Assembly: GCA_003614675.1 (NCBI GenBank)
Contig: ML002254.1
Span: 1 to 57,043 of the forward strand
Direction: 5' to 3'
DNA length: 57,043 nt
DNA from: Dimargaris cristalligena
Lineage: Eukaryota
A program made the translations under genes and the position numbers. Below are positions 49,030-57,043 of the stretch, piece by piece. The notes under the pieces are model-generated. The model was not told the origin of the DNA. It saw only the letters and a program-made list of their open reading frames with translations, and made no database searches. Positions within the stretch are counted from its first letter, which is position 1. Each line of letters begins with the position of its first letter.

Positions 49030-52000
49030 ATGTAAAGAGATGGATATTCAAAGGTTTTGTTAAAAAATCAGCCTTTTGTTTATTACTAGGCACATGTTTT
49101 AAGGTGATAATTCCTTTGTCAATGTAATCTTGAACCACATGGAATTAAATATCAATATACTTAAAGCAACTGTAATTCACAGGGTTTTTTTCAATAAGGA
49201 TACAAGTCATATTATCACTGTAAATAGTGATAGATATAGAAAAGGAATTGAGAAATTGGAGGACTTGTTTAACCCAAATTGCCTCCTTTGTAGCTTCAGA
49301 TAGAGCAATATACTCAGCTTCAGTAGTAGAAGTAGCAACTAGGGTTTGCTTTTTGGATGCCCAGGATACAGAGCCACCATCCAGAAGAAATAGGTAGCCA
49401 CCTATAGATTTTCTGTCAAAGGAGTCACTGGCAAAATCACTATTACAAAAATCAATTTAACCCAAATTTTTACCATCAAAGGTAATCCCATGGATTAGGG
49501 TACCTTTAAGGTAGTGTAGAATTCTTTTAGCAGCAAGCCAGTGGGTAGTTGTGGGTTTGGGATTAAAGGAACTTAACTTGTGAATAGCATAGGTAATATC
49601 AGGTCTAGTGCAATTTGATAAATACAACAGGGACCTAATTAAGTTGGCATAAGGTTCATTGGTGAGCTCACAAGTAGTGGTGGCAGGTGAGGGTTTGAAG
49701 CCAGGCTCCATGGGAGTGCTTGTTGGGATGCTCTGTTCCATGCAGTAGTCCTCCAGTAAGTCAGAAATATATTTCTGCTGGTGGATAATAGCTGGCTATC
49801 AGTTGACTTAATTTGTGAGACTTGAATTCCAAGTAAGAAATTCAATTCCCCTTAATCAGTTATTGAGAATCTAGTATTGAGTTGTTGTTTAACCCAATCC
49901 ATACCAGAAAGCTCAGATGAGACAATAAGCATGTCATTAATATACACAATAAGGTATGTATGTAGGTTTCCTTAAACCTTGGCATAAATACCATAATTAA
50001 GTTTACACTTTAAAATGTCACAGGATAGCAGAAACTCATCAAGAGTTTGATTCCAGAGACTTGGAGTTTGCTTGAGTCCATATAGGCTATGGTTAAGCTT
50101 GCAGACAGAGTGTTTGGGGATCTGGAATCCCTCAGGAGGTTCAATAAAAACTTCCTTATCAATTTTACCATTCAAAAACACAGTTTTAACATCCATTTGA
50201 TGAATAAAAAGGTGATACTTAGCAATAAGTGCCAAGAGAATCCTGATGCTAGAGTAGTGAACTACAGGTGCAAAGGTTTCATTGTAGTTAATTCCTTTAC
50301 ACTGATGGAATCCCTTAACAACTAGTTGAGCCTTGTGATACTCAATAGTACCATCAGGGTGTAACTTAGTAGTAAGAACCCAATGACAGGGTAAAACTTT
50401 GGAGGTTTTTGGGCGAGGTACTAAGTCCCAGACTTCATTTTCAGCCATGGACTTGAGTTCAAGGTTAATGGCCAACTGCCATTCCTTACGGAACTGATCC
50501 TTCATGGCCAGGGAGTAATATTGTGGACCATCCATGGCCAGAAAAGCTAAATTGGAAGGAGGGTTGGAGTTGGGAGAGGGAGGAATGCTGCCAATATATT
50601 TAGACAGTCGAGGAGTTGTCAATTGGAGTTGTTTTGACCTTTTAAAATGATTCCTTTTTAAGGGAATAGCCTGGGGGCCGGGGACAGGTGCTCTGTAGTT
50701 GAATTGGACAGGTGTAGGGACCTGGTGGGAGATATTAGATTTCTTGAGTTCAGATTCAAGTTCCCAGTCATTCAGATCAAGATTTGGGTCTACAGGGATG
50801 CCACTTAAAGTGTGTGGGCTTAATTCCATGCTAAGATCACTTGTATTAATGACCTGGGGTATGGTAGATACCACTGAAAAATTTTCAGAACCATATGTAG
50901 ATTGGTTAGAAATATCTATTATCACAGGTACAGTTACTACTGCAGGAGGTGCATAAGATATATGGTCTGCATTAATAGATAAATTTAAGCCTGGATCCTC
51001 ATCTGGGAGGTAAAAGTAGTGACTGGAGGTATTCTGGGCTTGATTCCGGATGGTTTTTGATGGGGATGGCTGTTCTGAAGTCCAGGAAGCCAGGGAATCA
51101 GGCAAAAAATGCATGTCTTGACTGACAATGACCTTGTTTGACTGGGGGTCAAAAAACTTGTAGTTTTTCAGGTTGGCAGTCAGCCCCACGTAGAGGAGCT
51201 TCTTTGAGGTTAGTTGTAACTTTTGGGAGTAAAAATTGTTGGCTTTGATGATTGCCTTAGACCCTAACTGGTGAAATCATGTAAGATCTGGCTGTTGGCC
51301 ATACCAGCGTAAATGGGGAGTGTCATTACCAATTTTAGGACTAGAAATCCTATTCTAAATTATGGTAGTAGCCAGAAGTACTCCCCCCAAAGGGATTTGG
51401 GTAAACCCTTTTCATTAAGCATGCATTTCACAGTAGAGTGAACAGTTTAATTGAACCTTTCAGCAATGCCATTTTGTTGGGGGGAGTAAGGTGCACTAGT
51501 GGAATGAGCAATTCCATACTCCTTGAGGATAGTAGTGAATTGATGGAAGATGTACTTACCACCATTATCAAAATGAATTTCTTTAGGAAACTTACCAAAC
51601 TGATTGTTCACATACTTTAGATACCAGTCCAGTGCCTGGGGTACATCAGATTTATGTTTAATCAAACTGACATAAGCCATTCTTAAAAACTGGTTAATAA
51701 AAGAGACAAAATAGTATTGTCCTTTCATTGTTCTGATAGGCATAGGACCAGCTATGTCAGTGTGAATTACCTCCAGTATGGTGAACTCAGGGTCCAGCCT
51801 ACCAGAGAAGGGTAGGCAAGTTGCCTTATTAATTAAACAGGTTTCACAAGGTTGGATATCCTTAGAAGTAGTTAAATCAACACCTGGTAGTAGGCCAGAC
51901 TTGGTTGCCTGAATCAGTAATAGATAATTAACATGGCCTAAGTTAATGTGGGCCTGTTGAATTGAATTTTCCTTTGAAATCAGGGCTTTGGGGGTTAGAT

Positions 52001-53223
52001 CTTATCTAGGATACCACATTTTGATGGTATATGTATGTGTGCATGAACCTGCATAAAAGGACATCCCATTAGGGAGAGTAATCTCACAAGTATCAGAAGT
52101 AAAATTAATACTTGCACCTTTCTTTGTTACCTCTTTGACCAAAAAAAGGTTAAAACCAAGCTCAGGGCAGAAACCAACATCAAAGAGAGTGATAATTACA
52201 GGTTTTCCAGTGGAGCTGGTAAGGGTAACCTAGATATTGCCTTGACCTAGGATAGGTACTGTACTGTTGTTGGCAATGGTGATGGAGGTCTTAGAGGGTT
52301 TGAATTCTTCAAAGAGTTCCAAGTAAGGGCAGAAGTGGCCACTTGCACCAGAATTGACATACCAAGTCTCAGTTGGATTTTCTTTTTGGGCAGAGGCCTT
52401 GAGGGCTAGGCCAGATTGTTGGGGTTCTTATTCACAGTGGGGAGGTGCAGGGACCTTGGGTTTACTCAATTACACAGCTAACTTTGCAGTTTGGGCCTTA
52501 CATTCATTGTTGGAATGGGAATTTGAATTGTGGTAGTCACAGTACTTACCAGAGGGTTTCCCCTTTTTCCCTTTGACCTTTTTAGGGGTAGCAGGTTTGT
52601 TGAAACTGGCTACAAGGGTAGAGGAACTAGACATAAGGGGGTTTGTTCTTGGTGTAAATAGTCTCTGTAAAGACTATCCCTAATATTAGAAAACTTTAGA
52701 TCAGAAATTTTGGTGGAGTTAAAAATTGCAATTTGAGTTGTAAATTGGTCCTGCCTCATGGAGTTAATAAGGATCAGGGAGCAGATTATCTCCTTGCCTA
52801 GTTTGAGGCTCTCAGTTTTACCGTAGAGTTGCCACACCTTATTGGCCATCTAGATTAGGGTCTCATCATCTTGATGTAGGTTGAAAAGTTATTGGTAGAG
52901 CTCCAGGGCATGTGAGGCCTTATTCAAGTTGAAAGCACTAGCCAGGGTACTCCATATTGCATTTTCAGATGGGCAGGACCTGATAGTTGGAAGCATATTA
53001 GCAGTGACAGAGGCTTGGATCTTGAGTTTGGCCAGGTGGTCTTTCTTATACCAGAACCTAGTGGAATCAAACTTGACCTCTTATCTTCAGTAGTGATAAT
53101 GAGGGTCAAAAATGGGGCTTCAACAACTTCCCAGAGGTCATCTAAGTTAAGGTGATTTTGCATTTGGATACTCCAGTCATCATAGTTTGTACCAGTAAAT
53201 GTAGGAAGAGGGGGGAGATTCAT
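49030..53223 (-). pseudogene. Disrupted gag-pol polyprotein
   Basis: Fragments in several frames (ORFs 52924-53268, 51447-51743, 49972-51189, 49457-49741). Catalytic motifs are altered: DSG>NSG and YVDD>YIND. Confidence 0.93.
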
Positions 53224-53488
53224 TGTAAAGGACTGGCCAATCATTAGATGGATAGATAAAAATACCAAAAACTAGATGGATGGATATAGGAAAAGACTTA
53301 AAAGTATCTATAGATAGATGAAGGATACAGATGGAGTCAATGGATAAAAATAAAGTAAAAGTTTGTACTGGCTGCAAAGGCACAAATATGCAATTGATCA
53401 GGACTAATGCACTATTCTGCAGGGATATGTAAGCGGTCAATGCACACATGTACAATTATTTCAAAGATAAAAGGATAAACATGCATAA

Positions 53489-53503
53489 GCAGGGCTCATA
53501 ACC
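53489..53503 (-). promoter_or_regulatory. Primer binding site complementary to the anticodon stem-loop of initiator tRNA-Met
   Basis: Minus strand GGTTATGAGCCCTGC directly after the 5' LTR end (CCAACA). The plus strand reads GCAGGGCTCATAACC, the fungal tRNAi-Met anticodon arm. Confidence 0.9.
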
Positions 53504-53726
53504 TGTTGGAATACTAAGGATGTAAAGGAAATAAAACTGGAAGTAAGGGAAGAAAGTAGCTAGAGGACAGTAGGTACCTCTAGGTGGTTAGTTTTATTGA
53601 ACTGTAATTTTTGATAGGGTAAAATATAAGTGGCTAACATAAAGGATCTTATGATAGCAGAAAAAACTAACAGAATTGGATAAAATAGGATAGGATAAAG
53701 AATATGTTCCTACATATTCTTCAATA
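53504..53726 (-). repeat. 5' LTR of the Copia element
   Basis: Direct repeat of 48760-48982; differences are mostly transitions. Confidence 0.95.
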
Positions 53727-54150
53727 TAGTGGGCATACTTACAGGTCAGTATGGGGGGGTGAGTGTATATAGTGTTTTTTGGGGTAAACTAGGGGGGTAA
53801 GAGTAAAGCTAAGGAATCTAACCAGTCCTAAGGGGGCCCAGTTATATATATACAGAGATGGCTCCAGAGGGAGGTCCCAAGGGAAGACTATGGGTAACTA
53901 AGGTATATAGTAAAACTAGGCCAGTCAGATGGCTACTAGTATCTGGAAGACTCTCATGGTAACTGGAAGGGTCTTTAGATCAGCAGGTTAAGTGATTACT
54001 ATGAAGAGCTGGAGTCCAGAAGGGAAAGGGTTATATGATATAGGGTGATCCCATAGTACCAGGGGCGACCATGGAAAGTTTAATATGATGCTATAAGTCT
54101 TAATAAGGGTGGGTAGCAGGGTGTTTGGATTAAGATGGATTAGAAGGGCT
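53727..54150 (+). mobile_element. Right part of the older LTR-like repeat, interrupted by the Copia insertion
   Basis: Aligns to the reverse complement of ~43555-43980. Confidence 0.8.
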
Positions 54151-54841
54151 GATATGGGTGCTTTAGAGCAACATATTTAATAGTGATATGCATGTAACAG
54201 CATGGGTAAATAGTACTAGAATATGAGCTATTGGTTTGAAGAGGAACCATAATGTGGTATGTCTGTGTAATATTTAATTAGAGGTGTTTAACCAAGGTAG
54301 GTGGCACCTGTCACTGGCATGGTCCCAAGTGATACTGAGTTGGTTAAAATTATACTTCACCATGAACTATGGTTCTGGTGATAATCCTGGAGCCCTGGTC
54401 TATTTAGTGGATGTATGACCTGCAGAATGTATACAAGTAAATACCTCGAGCCTAATTAGCCCCGTATGAATATATTAGCATTCCTAATACGTAAAATATA
54501 CATTTTTTCAACCCATGCTATGCCTACAAACCCACCACTGGCAGAAAAGAGAGTCAATCAAAATCCACATAATTCAAAAAATTATATGCACGTAATAGTA
54601 ACTATCCATTGCATTGTAATGAGGGAGTAAAACAGATTAAAACATAAATAAATTGTAAATGTGAGACACAAAGATCTGATATAGGAAAAGTTCAACGGCA
54701 AGGATGGCAAATTCTGATATTTATTACTTGAGGCTGGCATCAGTTCATTACATATAGTATCTCGAGGAGTTGACCAAGTGGCGGCAGTGAATAGGGATCC
54801 AAAAGGTGAATGATGGAATATCGATGTCACCATGTTTTTTG

Positions 54842-55954
54842 TTAGTAGGCTTTAGTAAGCTTTTTGTGTCTTTTTATGTTGATTTCATCAATCGCTCCGT
54901 GAATAAGGTCGGCCATCTGAACTACAGGCATGGTCAGTGGGACTGCCGTAAGTAAAACATGATTTCCAAGTGCCGTGTCAGCCTGAACGAGTGCATCACA
55001 GTCATACCCGCGTTCGTTGGTAAACATTTCCACTGTAAACTGGTCTGTTTTAGAGTCCCATGCTAGACCATAGATAAACGAGGGTCGCATTAGTGAATCT
55101 TGGTTCGTGCGTAAAAATCGGCTCATCCGTACTACAAAACATTCCGGGTGGGTCCTTTTCAAATGTGCCTGGGAATCGGCGTTCTTCCGCCAAACCTGGA
55201 ACTTGCGATAGTTTAGGGCATGTTTGATAATGCTAGCGCGAGACGGTGCTCTAATAGTGTTCCCCGGGAGAAGGTCAAGGTCGCTGGGCAACACCTCCGC
55301 ACTAGGCGGTTCGCTAAAGGCCGTGCTGGAGACAGATTGGCAAACCTGATGGCATTCCTCCTTTGGTAATCCCGCACTCGCTGTGGGTAGAATCGGACGA
55401 TAGGGGCCTGGATTTTTCCACATAGGTTGGTCTATTTGGCTGGACGAAGTGATATTAGGGTCATCGCCGTTAGCTTCACACGGGTCACTGTAGAGCGTGG
55501 ACTGGCTAACAGCCCGAGGCCCTTTGGGCTCGACGGCACCTTGGGTGGAATCACCTCTAGAGGCGGCGTGCGGGAGCTGATGAGCAATATTCAAAGAACC
55601 ATCAGGACTTTGGCACCCTTTGTTCGTTAGTGGATGCGGAGGTGAATAGGTTGGGTGGTAATTGTCGTGGTCATCCGTGGTCTCAGGGGCAGCCGGACCT
55701 GGCCAATGTCTGAGTCCATAGTGGATGCCACCAGTTCGTCTATCCCGCACCGGTTGGGAGGTCCAAGTTAATTGCGCATCCATCGGGAGGCCAACTTCAT
55801 TCGCATAAGTATTTTGGCCACCGACAGGAGCTTCTTGCAAGTCAAATACAGGCGGGGCGAGTGAGTCTCCACTCATGGCCGCAGCGGATTGGCAAGGCGT
55901 CGCTAATAGCCACACTAGGGTCAACGTAACACATGGAGTATGGCACGCAACCAT
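54842..55954 (-). CDS. Hypothetical secreted protein, ~370 aa, intronless
   Basis: Long ORF with normal CpG content. ATG at 55954 is followed by a signal-peptide-like stretch (MVACHTPCVTLTLVWLLATPCQSA), a Pro/Ser/Gln-rich disordered middle and an ordered-looking C-terminal ~130 aa. No family recognised. Confidence 0.65.
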   Translation of the reverse strand: MVACHTPCVTLTLVWLLATPCQSAAAMSGDSLAPPVFDLQEAPVGGQNTYANEVGLPMDAQLTWTSQPVRDRRTGGIHYGLRHWPGPAAPETTDDHDNYHPTYSPPHPLTNKGCQSPDGSLNIAHQLPHAASRGDSTQGAVEPKGPRAVSQSTLYSDPCEANGDDPNITSSSQIDQPMWKNPGPYRPILPTASAGLPKEECHQVCQSVSSTAFSEPPSAEVLPSDLDLLPGNTIRAPSRASIIKHALNYRKFQVWRKNADSQAHLKRTHPECFVVRMSRFLRTNQDSLMRPSFIYGLAWDSKTDQFTVEMFTNERGYDCDALVQADTALGNHVLLTAVPLTMPVVQMADLIHGAIDEINIKRHKKLTKAY

Positions 55955-57043
55955 TGGTACAGATACGATTGCAGGAGATAAGCACAGAGGATTAATAGAG
56001 AAGGGGAAGTACTGCAAAGATGCTGGAGGTAGGAGTCAAGATAAAAATACCGGGAAATGGTATATTAAATTTAAATATGTTAAATCGGCAATATTGGACT
56101 GTGGGAGACGGCTGTTTATATACAATTATCTGGCTTAGTTGGTCAAATTGGGAGAGAAGCAGATGCACAAATGGGCAGTCGAGGCACTTTTAGCAGGTAG
56201 GCTCGGGCTGGGTTGTGCAATAGTGCATTCACACCTGTACTCTTTTAGTGCAACAAGTGAGACACCCAAATGAATACAAGGAGTATACAGCACAAGGCCG
56301 CTGGTTGTCTGTTGTGATATACTGCAACCAATGGCAGTGGATCCCGGTATGGCAAGAACCCATATTCGGTTAAGCTGGCGTTGGTCCTTCCCCTATATGA
56401 AATGCCAATAGCACCCATGTGCCTGCCGCGGAGGCAGAAAGTAAAAGTACTGCTCTGAGAAATATAAGTTTGGCCTAGGTAGTGGCATCACAAACTAATC
56501 AATAATTTTAGGACCAACGTGAATAAAACCCCTTTCAACTCAGATCTGTATTTGTCTATGATTCCTCGAGTCAACGCCACCATTTTTTCTCAAGAGCGTT
56601 ACGGCCCCACCAGTCACAGATGGTTACCAAGCTCGCCACAAGTATGACACTGGCTCGTTGTTTTTCCGGCCCAATAGATTGGCAGTGTCAACACAAGGGC
56701 ATTGTAAGGTGGCAAGGACGCGGGTGACTCCAAGTCCATATCCCCCAAATGTCTAAATCCACCATCAACAAGCCTATTCACCTAATATAATGGTGGATAC
56801 TGAGACTGTCTATAATATGCCTACTCGGCTTTTGATAGCGATATGGTACCAACCACGTCTGGCAAAGCAGTGTTGAATGCAGTCATTCATTGAATTCGGT
56901 CAACTAGTAAATGGGTGGAGAGTTCCAGATACCCAGGGTCTCAGTGGGTCCGTAATTATACACATAATTGATCGTAGAGTTGGAACAGCTCCTCTCCGGT
57001 ACTGCTTATTAAATATAATGGCTTTTCTAGGACACATCAAATC

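Larger units (their letters stand above)
48760..53726 (-). mobile_element. Full-length but inactivated Ty1/Copia LTR retrotransposon (Ty5/Hemivirus-type priming)
   Basis: 223-bp LTRs at both ends. Minus-strand order: gag (FTGTNYDDWSIQM..DLWEVV), Zn knuckle, protease (WYVNSGASGH), integrase (HTDIAGP, DNGGKY, PQQNGIAERFN), RT (NEVWDLVP, ETFAPV, HQMDVKT.FLNG, SLYGLKQ), RNase H (TRPDI, RKS..GY, STTEAEY, ADFLTKPL). Many stops and frameshifts. Confidence 0.97.

Overview
Eukaryotic genomic DNA with GT-AG introns. It is most likely fungal, and the protein divergence and gene content suggest a non-Dikarya, early-diverging lineage (inference only). The left ~38 kb carries single-copy genes: a small secreted peptide, a Net1/Dnt1-like nucleolar protein, a REX1B-domain protein, LTO1, PIG-P, an ABZ2-like class IV aminotransferase, a divergent mitochondrial S16, an intronless cytochrome P450, an intronless MESH1/HDDC3, PA2G4/Cdb4, ITPA/HAM1 and TMA46/ZC3H15. 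The right ~19 kb is an accessory, repeat-rich zone. It holds a ~4 kb direct segmental duplication with two secreted GH16 genes, a decayed full-length Ty1/Copia element with a Ty5-type half-tRNA primer site nested inside an older repeat, an inverted solo LTR with a perfect target-site duplication, and an orphan secreted protein. The most notable signal is directional C>T/G>A hypermutation of the repeats, at CpG and some non-CpG sites, which spreads into neighbouring duplicated host DNA. This points to a methylation-linked or RIP-like genome-defence process. All exon coordinates and comparisons were made by eye.
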